A stretch of 55,514 nucleotides of DNA from positions 1 to 55,514 of the forward strand of contig VGIA01000002.1 of the NCBI GenBank assembly GCA_016868105.1, written 5' to 3'. Under the pieces are notes generated by a model that was given only the letters and a program-made list of their open reading frames with translations, had not been told where the DNA came from and did not search any database. Each line of letters opens with the position of its first letter. Position 1 is the first letter of the stretch. Positions 10,279 through 19,441 of this stretch are shown in pieces. The translations under genes and the position numbers were made by a program. This DNA comes from Betaproteobacteria bacterium (GTDB taxonomy: Bacteria > Pseudomonadota > Gammaproteobacteria > Burkholderiales > SG8-39).

Positions 10279-11475
10279 TCAGCCCTTCACGCAAAGGACC
10301 TGCTTCAGGGTATGCACCACTTCGACCAGGTCGGATTGGTTCGCCATCACCGTATCGATGTCCTTGTAGGCGGCGGGGATTTCATCCAGCACGCCCTTGT
10401 CCTTGCGGCAAACAACCCCGGCGGTCTGCGATTCCAGGTCCGCCACAGAATACCGGCTCGCCGCCTGGTTGCGGCTCATGCGCCGCCCGGCGCCGTGGGC
10501 GCAGGAATGGAAGGCCTCGGGGCCGCCCTTGCCGCGCACGATGTAGCTGCGCGTGCCCATGCTGCCCGGGATGATCCCCAGTTCGTCCTCGCCGGCGCGG
10601 ATCGCCCCTTTGCGCGTCACCCACACCTCCTCGCCGTAGTGGAACTCGCGCGCGACGTAGTTGTGGTGGCAGTTGACCGCCTCGGAGGTGACTTCGAAGG
10701 CCGGCAGGTGTCGGCGCAGCGCCTGCAGCACGATATCCATCATCTCCGCGCGGTTGACGACGGCGTAGTCCTGCGCCCAACCCACCGCCTCCACGTAATC
10801 ATCGAAGTGGCGCGCGCCCTCCCTGAAGTACGCCAGGTCGCGGTGCGGCAGGTTCACCTGGTCGCGCTCGGCGTCCTTCCTCGCCAGCTCGATGAAATGC
10901 ATGCCGATGGCGTTGCCGATGCCGCGGCTGCCCGAATGCAGCATCACCCAGGCGCCCCCGGCCTCGTCCAGGCACAGCTCGATGAAGTGGTTGCCGCCGC
11001 CCAGCGTCCCCAGCTGGCGCACCCAATCCGAGCGCTTGCCGAGGCGCTTCTCCACACCCGGATGCTTCTGCAGGATCGCCTTCAGGCCGCGCTTGAAGCG
11101 CTTTGCCGCGTGGCCGTGAGCATCCCGTTCTTCATGCTGGCTGAAGCCCACCGGAACATCACGCGTGATCTGGTTGAAGACCTTCCTCAGCGCGACCTCG
11201 TCGAGCTCATTGGCAGTGAGAGACAGCCGCGCCGCGATCATGCCGCAGCCGATGTCCACGCCCACCGCCGCCGGGATGATGGCGTGCAGGGTCGGGATCA
11301 CCGCACCGACCGTGGCGCCGATGCCCAGGTGCACGTCGGGCATCGCCGCGACGTGGTGGTGGACGATCGGGAGTTTCGAGACGTTCACCAGTTGCCGGCG
11401 CGCCTCGGGCTCCAGGCTGTCGGTGTAGACCTTGACCGGGACGCGGCCTTCGCGGATGTCCTGCAGGACGGGCAT
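10279..11475 (-). CDS. rtcB: RNA 3'-phosphate ligase RtcB
   Basis: 398 aa with [28 protein letters not shown] and CHHNY motifs of RtcB. Confidence 0.9.
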   Translation of the reverse strand: MPVLQDIREGRVPVKVYTDSLEPEARRQLVNVSKLPIVHHHVAAMPDVHLGIGATVGAVIPTLHAIIPAAVGVDIGCGMIAARLSLTANELDEVALRKVFNQITRDVPVGFSQHEERDAHGHAAKRFKRGLKAILQKHPGVEKRLGKRSDWVRQLGTLGGGNHFIELCLDEAGGAWVMLHSGSRGIGNAIGMHFIELARKDAERDQVNLPHRDLAYFREGARHFDDYVEAVGWAQDYAVVNRAEMMDIVLQALRRHLPAFEVTSEAVNCHHNYVAREFHYGEEVWVTRKGAIRAGEDELGIIPGSMGTRSYIVRGKGGPEAFHSCAHGAGRRMSRNQAASRYSVADLESQTAGVVCRKDKGVLDEIPAAYKDIDTVMANQSDLVEVVHTLKQVLCVKG

Positions 11476-11502
11476 CGTACCAGTCTAGCGCCGCCGGCCC
11501 GG

Positions 11503-11832
11503 TCAGGCGGCGAGCTTGCCCAGCAGCGCGCGCAGGGTGGCGAGTTCCCGCGCCGACAGCCGGCCGGTTGCGCCGCTGCGCCCAGCCGCGTTTCTCCATC
11601 CAGTCGGCGAGCGTCATGGCGCCGGAGCGCGCGGTGCCCAGCGCCGCGCTCAGCGCAGACTGCGACAGGCCCGGATTGGCGCCGATGATCACCAGCGCGG
11701 TGTAGCGCCTCGGCGTCATATCCACCCCCGCGGTGGCCTGGTGGAAGGCCTCGAACCCGGCCGGCTGCGCGCGCCGCAGAATCTAGCCCAGGTGCGCGTC
11801 GAGATCGCCATAGCTGAGACCCTCGACCCGCA
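11503..11832 (-). pseudogene. MarR-family regulator, eroded (nonsense codon plus internal deletion/frameshift)
   Basis: Reads VRVEGLSYGDLDAHLG*ILRRAQPAGFEAFHQATAGVDMTPRRYTALVIIGANPGLSQSALSAALGTARSGAMTLADWMEKRGWAQRRN, then in another frame RLSARELATLRALLGKLAA*. In-frame TAG at 11783-11785 where MarR proteins usually have Tyr. The wing and alpha5 (~45 aa) are missing. Confidence 0.6.
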
Positions 11833-11898
11833 CTATGCTGCCCGGGCGCGGACCGCGGGTTTTGGCTTTGGGTGTTTCGCGCTGCATCTTCCGCAGGG

Positions 11899-11926
11899 TT
11901 GACCCGCCGATTGTAATGTTATACAA
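11899..11926 (+). promoter_or_regulatory. candidate promoter/operator upstream of the Liv-type ABC operon
   Basis: TTGACC at 11899-11904 followed by the palindrome TTGTA-N6-TACAA (11911-11926), which overlaps a TATACA/ATACAA -10-like box. Strong SD GAGGAGGA lies before the GTG at 11957. Confidence 0.3.
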
Positions 11927-11956
11927 CGACCGCCACTTCTGAGGAGGAAGAATCCC

Positions 11957-13168
11957 GTGGATCGCCGCCAGTTCAACAAGGCCGCCGCCGCCGCCGGCCT
12001 CGCCACTACCCTGTCCCCCGCCATCGTCCGCGCCCAGGCGCGCCGCCTGAAGGTCGGCGTGCTGCTGCCACGCTCCGGGGTGCAGGCCGGCATCGGCCAG
12101 GACTGCCACCGTGCCCTGGAGGTGGGCAGCCGCATCCTCGCCGACCTCGGCCTGCCGGGGCTGGACATCATGAACGGCGACACCGAGTCGAACGTCGACG
12201 TCGGCCGCGCCCGCGCCGAGCGCCTGATCAGCGAGGGTGCGCAACTCCTGGTCGGCGCCTTTGACTCGGGCCAGACCACTGCCATCGCTCAGGTGGCCGA
12301 GCAGCGCGGCGTCCCCCTGGTGATCAACATCGCCGCGGCGCCGCCGATCACCGAGCAGGGTTACAAGTTCGTGTTCCGCAACTTCCCCACCGCGCCCATG
12401 ATCCTGGGCGACGCCTTCGCCAACCAGCTGGAGGTGTTCAAGGCCACGGGCGTGTCGCCCAAGACCGCGGTGTTCATGCACGTCAACGACACCTTCGGCG
12501 TCGCGATGCAGAAGGGCTTCAGCGGCGTGATGCAGAAGTTCCCCGCGATCCCCTACAAGGTGGTGGACACGATCGCCTACGACCCGGCCGCGCGCGACCT
12601 CTCGGTCGAGGTGACCAAGGCCCGCGCCTCCGGCGCCGAAGCGCTGGTCATGGTGAGCCGGCTGAACGACGCCATCCTGATCACCCGCGAGTTGGTCAAG
12701 CAGCGCTGGGCGCCGTCGGCGATCCTCAGTATGGGACCGGGCTGGTACGAGGACCAGTACCTGAAGACGCTGGGCAAGCTGGGCGATGGGCCGATCAGCT
12801 TCGTGCCCTGGTACGACCCGAACAAGAAGCTCGCCAAGGCGCTCGAGGCGGCGCACGTCAAGGCCCATCCCGAGATCAACCTCAACACCAACCACATCTA
12901 CACCTTCGAGGCGCTGCTGGTCGCGGCCGATGCCTTCAAGCGCGCCGGCAGCGCGGATCCGAAGGCGCTGGCCGACGCCATCCGCGCCACCAACATCACG
13001 GACAACGTCAGCACCGGGCCTGGCATCCAGTTCGACGCCAAGGGCCAGAACGACAAGCTGCGCAACTCCGCGATCCAGAACCGCGGCGGCAAGCTGGTCG
13101 TTGTGGCGCCCGCCAGCGCCTCGAACGCGAAACCCGAGCTGCCGGTGCGGGCCTACGACAAGCGCTAG
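11957..13168 (+). CDS. ABC transporter substrate-binding protein (LivJ/LivK branched-chain amino acid family) with Tat-type signal
   Basis: MDRRQFNKAAAAAGLATTLSPAIVRAQA signal, then a type-I periplasmic binding fold sequence. Heads the livHMGF-like genes. Confidence 0.8.
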   Translation: MDRRQFNKAAAAAGLATTLSPAIVRAQARRLKVGVLLPRSGVQAGIGQDCHRALEVGSRILADLGLPGLDIMNGDTESNVDVGRARAERLISEGAQLLVGAFDSGQTTAIAQVAEQRGVPLVINIAAAPPITEQGYKFVFRNFPTAPMILGDAFANQLEVFKATGVSPKTAVFMHVNDTFGVAMQKGFSGVMQKFPAIPYKVVDTIAYDPAARDLSVEVTKARASGAEALVMVSRLNDAILITRELVKQRWAPSAILSMGPGWYEDQYLKTLGKLGDGPISFVPWYDPNKKLAKALEAAHVKAHPEINLNTNHIYTFEALLVAADAFKRAGSADPKALADAIRATNITDNVSTGPGIQFDAKGQNDKLRNSAIQNRGGKLVVVAPASASNAKPELPVRAYDKR

Positions 13169-13184
13169 GTTGAGCAAAACCCGG

Positions 13185-13204
13185 GTCCCCGCTCCCGCGG
13201 GGAC
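13185..13204 (+). promoter_or_regulatory. GC-rich intercistronic stem-loop after the binding-protein gene
   Basis: GTCCCCGC-tccc-GCGGGGAC: 8-bp perfect stem, 4-nt loop, no T-tract. This position typically gives differential expression of binding protein versus permease. Confidence 0.45.
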
Positions 13205-13269
13205 GGCAACCTCGGTCTGAAGCCGCCCTGCCGGTCGAGATCTACCTGAACGTCGCCGCCAGCGGCCTG

Positions 13270-14100
13270 TTGACGGGACTCGTCTACGGGCTGATGGCGC
13301 TCGGCCTGTCGGTGATCTTCGGCGTGGTGCGCGTGGTCAACTTCGCGCACGGCGAGATGATGACCGTGGCGATGTACCTCGCCCTGATGCTGTTCACCGC
13401 GCTCAAGCTCGACCCCCTGGTGTCGCTGGTGCCGATCGCGGCGGTGCTGTTCGTGTTCGGCTACCTGTTGCAGGCGGGCCTCATCAGCCCGTTCATCAAC
13501 CGGCCCGAGCACAGCCAGTTCATGCTGCTGGTGGCGGTGGCGCTGATCCTGGTGAACCTGCAGCTGATCGCGTTCGGTCCGGACGCGAAGGGCATCCGCA
13601 CCAGCTACTCCTTCGACAGCTTCAAGCTGGGACCCCTGGTGGTGGACGCGGCCAAGGTCTACGCCGCGGGCGCGGCGCTGGTGGTGGCCGCGGCGCTGTT
13701 CGCGTTCTTCCGCTTCACGCTCACCGGCAAGGCGATCCGCGCCTGCGCCGACAACTACCACGGCGCGCTGGTGGTCGGGCTCAACGTGCGCCGCCTGTAC
13801 GCCCTCACCTTCGGCCTGGGCGCGGCCTGCGTCGGCGCTGCCGGTGCGATGCTGATGGCGGTGATCGACGTCACCCCGGCGATCGGCCCGGCCTACACCC
13901 TGCTCGCCTTCGTCATCGTCATCACCGGCGGCCTGGGCTCGATGCCAGGGGCCCTGCTGGGCGGCCTCCTGATCGGCCTCACCGAGGCCCTGGGCGGGGT
14001 GCTGTTCACGCCCTCGGCCAAGAGCATGTTCGCCTTCGCGCTGCTGGTACTGGTGCTGCTGTTCCGGCCGCAGGGCATCCTCGGACGCAAGGCGGCATGA
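13270..14100 (+). CDS. branched-chain amino acid ABC permease (LivH family)
   Basis: GLVYGLMALGLSVIFGVVRVVNFAHGE motif. The track start is TTG 13270, but LivH-like sequence (VEIYLNVAASGLL) continues upstream to about 13231 with no ATG/GTG/TTG, so the true start may be CTG 13228. Confidence 0.8.
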   Translation: MTGLVYGLMALGLSVIFGVVRVVNFAHGEMMTVAMYLALMLFTALKLDPLVSLVPIAAVLFVFGYLLQAGLISPFINRPEHSQFMLLVAVALILVNLQLIAFGPDAKGIRTSYSFDSFKLGPLVVDAAKVYAAGAALVVAAALFAFFRFTLTGKAIRACADNYHGALVVGLNVRRLYALTFGLGAACVGAAGAMLMAVIDVTPAIGPAYTLLAFVIVITGGLGSMPGALLGGLLIGLTEALGGVLFTPSAKSMFAFALLVLVLLFRPQGILGRKAA

Positions 14101-15134
14101 TCGCGCGGCTGCTGGAGGGCGTGCCACGCCGCGGCCTCGTGCTGCTCGGGCTGCTGCTTGCCGCGCTCGTCGTGTTCCCGTTCTTCGCCAGCGGCTACCT
14201 ACTCACGGTGGGCTTCCTGGTGCTGTATTTCGCCTACGTCGGGCAGTCCTGGAACATCATGATGGGCTTCGCCGGACAGCTGTCGCTGGGGCATTCGCTG
14301 TACGTTGGCCTGGGCGCCTATGCCGCCGCCGCGCTGTACGTGCATTTCGGCGTCAGTCCCTGGATCGGCCTGTCGGCCTCGATCGCCTTCTCCGGCCTCG
14401 CCGGCGCGGTGATCGGCTTCCTCGCCTTCCGCTTCGGCGTCGCCGGGGTGTACTTCGCCATCCTCACCATCGCCTTCGCCGAGTTCGCGCGCATCGGCTT
14501 CGACCACTTCGCCTGGGTGCAGGGCTCCTCGGGCTTCTTCCTGCCGGTGGCCAACTACGCGACCAACGACCTGTGGAACCTGCGTGGCAGCCCCACCATG
14601 TTCTATTACCTGATGCTGGCGATGTCCGCCGCGGCCTTCGTGCTGTGCCACGCCCTTGTGCGCAGCCGCATGGGCTACTACTGGCAGGCGATCCGCGAAA
14701 GCCCGGAGGCGGCCGAGGCGCTCGGCATCAACGTGTTCCGCTACAAGATGGCCGCGGTGGTGATCTCCGCCGCCATGACCTCGCTCGCGGGCGTGGTGTT
14801 CGCGTTCTACTACAACAATCTGTTTCCCGAGCAGATCTTCCATATCTCGCGCTCCATCGAGCTGATCCTGGGGCCGATCATCGGCGGCATCGGCACCCTG
14901 GTGGGTCCGCTGGTGGGCGCCCTGCTGCTGACGGGCCTGGCCGAGGGCATGCGAGAGATCATGCTGCAGCTCAAGGTGGACGTCCCCGGCGTGAAGCAGG
15001 TGTTCTACGGCCTGTGCCTGCTGCTGGTGGTGATGTTCCTGCCGCACGGCGTGTGGCCGCCGCTGGCCAGGCGCCTCGGGCTGGAGCGCGGCGGCGCCGA
15101 CGGCGCCGCACGCGCAGACGAAGGCAAGCCCTGA
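14097..15134 (+). CDS. branched-chain amino acid ABC permease (LivM family)
   Basis: 345-aa polytopic membrane protein with GQLSLGH motif. ATGA overlap with the LivH-family gene. Confidence 0.8.
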   Translation: MIARLLEGVPRRGLVLLGLLLAALVVFPFFASGYLLTVGFLVLYFAYVGQSWNIMMGFAGQLSLGHSLYVGLGAYAAAALYVHFGVSPWIGLSASIAFSGLAGAVIGFLAFRFGVAGVYFAILTIAFAEFARIGFDHFAWVQGSSGFFLPVANYATNDLWNLRGSPTMFYYLMLAMSAAAFVLCHALVRSRMGYYWQAIRESPEAAEALGINVFRYKMAAVVISAAMTSLAGVVFAFYYNNLFPEQIFHISRSIELILGPIIGGIGTLVGPLVGALLLTGLAEGMREIMLQLKVDVPGVKQVFYGLCLLLVVMFLPHGVWPPLARRLGLERGGADGAARADEGKP

Positions 15135-15135
15135 G

Positions 15136-15864
15136 ATGGCGGTGCTGCTCGAAGTCCGGGGCCTGTCGAAGAGTTTCCGCGGCCTGCGCGCGGTGCAGCA
15201 GGTCGCCTTCGAGGTGCCCGAGGGTTCGATCACCGGGCTGATCGGCCCCAACGGCGCGGGCAAGACCACCGTGTTCAACCTGGTCGCCGGCGTGATGCGG
15301 CCCGACGCGGGCGAAGTCCGCCTGGGCGGCACGCGCATCGACGGCTGGCGGCCGGACCAGGTCTGCGCCGCCGGCGTCGGACGCACGTTCCAGATCGTGA
15401 AGCCGTTCGCGGGGCTGACCGTGCGGGAAAACGTGACGGTGGGCGCGTTGCGAAAGTCAAACGATGTCTCGTCGGCGCAAAGGCGCGCCGACGAGATCTT
15501 GGAAAAGCTCAGGCTGGGGCCGAAGCGGGGCATGCTCGCCTCCTCGCTCACGCTGCCCGACCGCAAGCGGCTGGAGGTGGCGCGCGCGCTCGCCACCAGG
15601 CCGCGGCTGCTGCTGCTGGACGAGGTGATGGCCGGGCTGCGGCCCACCGAAACCGACCAGATAGTCGCCTTCTTCCGCGAGCTCAACCGCGCCGAGGGCG
15701 TCACCATCCTGCTCATCGAGCACGTGATGCGCGCGGTGATGGCGCTGGCGCAGCAGGTGGTGGTGCTGCACCACGGCGAGGTCATCGCGCGCGGCGAGCC
15801 CGCCGCGGTGGTGCGCGACCCGGCGGTGCTGGAGTGCTACCTCGGCGAGGAGACCGAGGTATGA
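15136..15864 (+). CDS. ABC transporter ATP-binding protein (LivG family)
   Basis: Walker A GPNGAGKTT, signature/Walker B region LLLLDEVMAGL, C-terminal AYLG-type tail. Confidence 0.85.
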   Translation: MAVLLEVRGLSKSFRGLRAVQQVAFEVPEGSITGLIGPNGAGKTTVFNLVAGVMRPDAGEVRLGGTRIDGWRPDQVCAAGVGRTFQIVKPFAGLTVRENVTVGALRKSNDVSSAQRRADEILEKLRLGPKRGMLASSLTLPDRKRLEVARALATRPRLLLLDEVMAGLRPTETDQIVAFFRELNRAEGVTILLIEHVMRAVMALAQQVVVLHHGEVIARGEPAAVVRDPAVLECYLGEETEV

Positions 15865-16574
15865 GCGCGCTGGTCTCGGTCGAGGGCCTGGACCTCTACT
15901 ACGGCGACGCGCAGGCGCTCGCCGCGGTCAGCCTGGAGGTGCCGCAGGGCGAGATCGTCGCCATCGTGGGCGCCAACGGCGCGGGCAAGTCCTCGCTCAT
16001 CCGCACCATCGCCGGCATCGAGCGGCCGCGTGCCGGCCGCATCACGTTCAAGGGCGCGCGCGTCGACGGCCTGCCGCCGCACCGCATCTGCGACCTCGGC
16101 CTCGGCCAGGTCGCCGAGGGGCGGCAGGTGTTCCCGACCCTCTCGGTGGAAGAGAACCTCCAGATGGGCGGCCTCGTGCCCCGCGCCCGCGCCGGCGCGA
16201 AGGCGAAGCTGGTCGAGGTCTACGCCATGTTTCCGCACCTGAAGGAGCGCCGCGCCCAGCTCGCCGGGACGCTCTCGGGCGGCGAGCAGCAGATGCTCGC
16301 CATCGGCCGCTGCCTGATGGGCAACCCGGAGTTCATCATGTTCGACGAGCCTTCGCTCGGCCTGGCGCCCAAGGTCGTGCAGGAGGTCCTGCACACCATC
16401 GGCGCCCTGAATGCGAACGGAATGACGGTGTTGCTGGTGGAGCAGAACGTGGCGGTGTCGCTCAAGATCTCCAGCCACGCCTACGTGCTGGAGAACGGCG
16501 CCATCGCCATGAGCGGCCGCGGCAGCGACCTGCTGCACGACGACCGCGTGCGGCAGGCCTACATGGGCCTGTAG
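15861..16574 (+). CDS. ABC transporter ATP-binding protein (LivF family)
   Basis: Start at MSALVSVEGL (ATG 15861, ATGA overlap). GANGAGKSS, LSGGEQQMLAIGR and IMFDEPSLGLAP motifs. Confidence 0.85.
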   Translation: MSALVSVEGLDLYYGDAQALAAVSLEVPQGEIVAIVGANGAGKSSLIRTIAGIERPRAGRITFKGARVDGLPPHRICDLGLGQVAEGRQVFPTLSVEENLQMGGLVPRARAGAKAKLVEVYAMFPHLKERRAQLAGTLSGGEQQMLAIGRCLMGNPEFIMFDEPSLGLAPKVVQEVLHTIGALNANGMTVLLVEQNVAVSLKISSHAYVLENGAIAMSGRGSDLLHDDRVRQAYMGL

Positions 16575-16589
16575 GGCAGGCGGAGCGCT

Positions 16590-16880
16590 CTACAACGGCG
16601 CGAGAGCGTAGCCGAGCAGCCCGCCAAGCGCCGCCCCGCCGCGGTGCCTGCCCCGACTTTCCTCGGCTTATCGATCTCGCGAATGCCGGTGACGGTGCCG
16701 CACTCGTTGCGGCGGCTGCGACCGGTGCGGCGGCCGGTGCGCCGGCCCGCTTTGCCAGGATGCGCTGGAGCACCGCTTCGCTGACCCCGCCCTGCTTCAG
16801 TTTCAACAGGCCGTCGGGGCTGGTTCGAAACCGGGTTCGGCGCTGTCAATGGCCTGGAGCACGGTGGCCTCGCCCAGGCT
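16590..16880 (-). pseudogene. eroded small lipoprotein/glycine-zipper gene (at least 3 frameshifts)
   Basis: Pieces in three frames: SLGEATVLQAIDSAEPGFE / PDGLLKLKQGGVSEAVLQRILAKRAG / CGTVTGIREIDKPRKVGAGTAAG / AALGGLLGYALAPL*. The last pieces resemble the SlyB/17-kDa-antigen glycine-zipper motif. No single frame stays open. Confidence 0.35.
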
Positions 16881-17844
16881 ACTGCGCCTTGATGCCGCCC
16901 TTGCGGATCACCTCGCCCCAGATCGGCGAGTCGCGGCGGATCACCTCGGTCAGCTCCTCGGGCGTGGTCCCGGTCGCGAGCAGGCCGAACTTGAGCATCT
17001 GCTCGCGGCCCTCCGGGGTCTGGATGATCTTGTTGATCTCCGCGTTCATGCGCTCCAGGACCGGCCGCGGCGTCCCGGCCGGGGCATGGATGCCGTTCCA
17101 GCCGGCGATGCCCAGGGGATAGCCCTGCTCGACGAAGGTGGGCAGGTCCGGCAGCGCCGGCCAGCGCTTCGGGCCGGTGACGGCAAGCGGAACCAGGCGG
17201 CCGGAGGCGAGGTGCGGGCCGACCGCGGCGAGATCCTGGATCGTCATCTGCACCTGGCCACCGAGGATCGCCTGGATGGACGGTCCGGCGCCGGAGTACG
17301 GCACGTGCAGTATCTTCAGCCCCGTGGCTGCGTTCAGCATCTCGCCGTAGACATGGGAGGTGGAACCGTTGCCGAACGAGGCAAAGTTGACCCCGGCGGG
17401 GTTGGCCCTGGCCCAGGCCACGAAGTCCTTGAGGTTCTTCGGCCCCAGCGACGAGGGCACCACCATCGCCAGCACCGTGAGGCCCAGTTGCGTCACCGGG
17501 GCGAAGTCCTTCAGCGAGTCGTACGGCAGCGGCACGCCCAGGTTGGGCGCGATGGTGAGATTGGAAACGTTGGTGTAGACGAAGGTGTAGCCATCGTTGG
17601 CCGAGTTCTTCGCCGCCTGCAGGCCGACCGCGCCCTGCGCGCCGGCGCGGTTCTCCACCAGCACCGGCTGGCCCAGCACCGGGGCCAGCTTCTCGCCCAG
17701 CCAGCGCGAGACGATGTCGGTCTGCCCGCCCGGCGGATAGGGGGCGATCAGCTTGATCGGCTTCGAGGGCCAGGCCTGGGCGAAGACCTGGGCCGACACC
17801 AGCAGCAGCAGCGACAGCAGGTAGCGCATGGCGGCTGCGTTCAT
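16879..17844 (-). CDS. Bug-family (TctC-like) tripartite tricarboxylate transporter substrate-binding protein
   Basis: Signal MNAAAMRYLLSLLLLVSAQVFAQA, then WPSKPIKLIAPYPPGGQTDIVSR...VENRAGAQG. ATGA overlap with the TauD-like gene. Confidence 0.85.
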   Translation of the reverse strand: MNAAAMRYLLSLLLLVSAQVFAQAWPSKPIKLIAPYPPGGQTDIVSRWLGEKLAPVLGQPVLVENRAGAQGAVGLQAAKNSANDGYTFVYTNVSNLTIAPNLGVPLPYDSLKDFAPVTQLGLTVLAMVVPSSLGPKNLKDFVAWARANPAGVNFASFGNGSTSHVYGEMLNAATGLKILHVPYSGAGPSIQAILGGQVQMTIQDLAAVGPHLASGRLVPLAVTGPKRWPALPDLPTFVEQGYPLGIAGWNGIHAPAGTPRPVLERMNAEINKIIQTPEGREQMLKFGLLATGTTPEELTEVIRRDSPIWGEVIRKGGIKAQ

Positions 17845-18713
17845 GGTGTTTCCTTGTAGTAGGGTTTGTCGCCCGCGATGGTGACCCGGTCCATGACGCG
17901 ACGGTGGCCAGGATAGTCGTTGACCGCGATGTGCTGGGTGGAGCGGTTGTCCCACAGCGCGAGTGAGCCCTGGCGCCAGCGGAAGCGGATCTGGAACTCA
18001 GGACGCTGGCTGTGGCGGTTGAGGAAATCGAGCAGCGGCGCCGATTCCTCCTCGGTCATGTCCTGGAAGCGGATCGCGTAGACCCAGTTGACGTACAGGA
18101 TGCTGCGGCCGGTCTCGGGATGGGTGCGGATGCAGGGATGCGGCTGTTCCTTGAGCGCGGATTCGCTCGCCTGGATGCGCATGCTCTTCAGGTCGTCGTC
18201 GGCATAGGTTCCCTGCGGGCCGTAGGAACGCCTGGCGCTGTGCATCACCACCTGCTTCTCCAGCAGGCGCTGCAGCGCGGGCGAGAGCGCCTCGAAGGCG
18301 AGCATCTGGTTGGTCCAGATGGTGTCCCCGCCCACCGCCGGCGATTCGCGCGCGTACAGGCAGGTACCCATCACCGGCTCGGGCGAGAAGGTCATGTCGG
18401 TGTGCCAGCGGCCGCCGAAATTGAGCTTCTTCGCCTCCTGCGGTTCGCGCACGATCCGCATCATCTCGGGGTGCCCGTCTAGGGGCTTGATGAACGGCGT
18501 CTGCGCCAGCGGGCCGAAGTGGCCCGCGAAGGCCTTCTGCTGTTCCGGGGTGAGGTCCTGGTCGCGCAGGAAGATGACGCAGTGCTCGGCCAGCGCGCGG
18601 CGCAGCTCGGCCACTACCTCGGGCGCAAGCGGGCACGAGGCATCTATGCCCTCGATCTCGGCGCCGCCGGCGCCACAGATGAGCTTGACTTCGAATCCCC
18701 GGTAGCGGTCCAT
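17841..18713 (-). CDS. TauD/TfdA-family Fe(II)/2-oxoglutarate-dependent dioxygenase
   Basis: 290 aa with WHTDMTF (HxD facial triad), GGDTIW and WDNRSTQHIAVNDY motifs. Confidence 0.8.
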   Translation of the reverse strand: MDRYRGFEVKLICGAGGAEIEGIDASCPLAPEVVAELRRALAEHCVIFLRDQDLTPEQQKAFAGHFGPLAQTPFIKPLDGHPEMMRIVREPQEAKKLNFGGRWHTDMTFSPEPVMGTCLYARESPAVGGDTIWTNQMLAFEALSPALQRLLEKQVVMHSARRSYGPQGTYADDDLKSMRIQASESALKEQPHPCIRTHPETGRSILYVNWVYAIRFQDMTEEESAPLLDFLNRHSQRPEFQIRFRWRQGSLALWDNRSTQHIAVNDYPGHRRVMDRVTIAGDKPYYKETP

Positions 18714-18781
18714 GAATGCCTCCCGCCCGGGATACTAACCTAACGCATCGCGCAGGGAGAACCATCCGTGACCCGTTTCAT

Positions 18782-19441
18782 CTATACGCCCGCCGCCCTG
18801 CCCTGCGCTTCGCCCCCGCCGTAGGCGTTGCCGCCGCCGGCGGGACGTTCCATCGCGAACACCCGCTCGACCACCGTGTACTCGTCGTAGCCGCAGCGCG
18901 CGATCGGCCGCACGGCCGCGAGGTCGAAGCGGCCGTTTTTCATGAAGCGCTCATCGATGTGCATCCCGACCACCTGGCCGAAGACCACCACGCCCCCGGT
19001 CTCCCGGCCCCCGGCGTCGGTCACCCGCAGAACCTGCGTCACCCGGCATTCCATGGCCGCCGGCGAGGCGGCCACGCGCGGGGGCCGGATGAGGCGGCAG
19101 GGCGCGGTGGCGAGGCCGGCGTGCGCAAACTCGCTCTCGCCACGCGGCAGGCCCGCCGAAGTCAGATTCATCTGGTCGCGCAGGTCCCAGGTGGCCATGC
19201 TCCAGGCGAACTCCCCCGACTCGATGGCGAAGGCCGCGGCGTCCTTCTCGGTCTCGCTGCAGAAGCTCACGATGCGCGGCCGGCTCAGCACGCCGTTGAA
19301 GTAACTGTAGGGGGCGAGGTTCACGCGCCCGGCCTGGTCCATCGAGGAAATCCAGCCGATCGGTCGCGGCACCACCACGCCCTTGAACGGGTCCCAGGGA
19401 AAGAGCTTGCGGTCGCGGCTTTCCGGTTCGAAGAACATCAT
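18782..19441 (-). CDS. flavin reductase-like domain protein (NAD(P)H:flavin oxidoreductase)
   Basis: VVPRPIGWISSMDQAGRVNLAPYSYFN motif of the flavin reductase-like (FMN-binding split barrel) family. Confidence 0.7.
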   Translation of the reverse strand: MMFFEPESRDRKLFPWDPFKGVVVPRPIGWISSMDQAGRVNLAPYSYFNGVLSRPRIVSFCSETEKDAAAFAIESGEFAWSMATWDLRDQMNLTSAGLPRGESEFAHAGLATAPCRLIRPPRVAASPAAMECRVTQVLRVTDAGGRETGGVVVFGQVVGMHIDERFMKNGRFDLAAVRPIARCGYDEYTVVERVFAMERPAGGGNAYGGGEAQGRAAGV

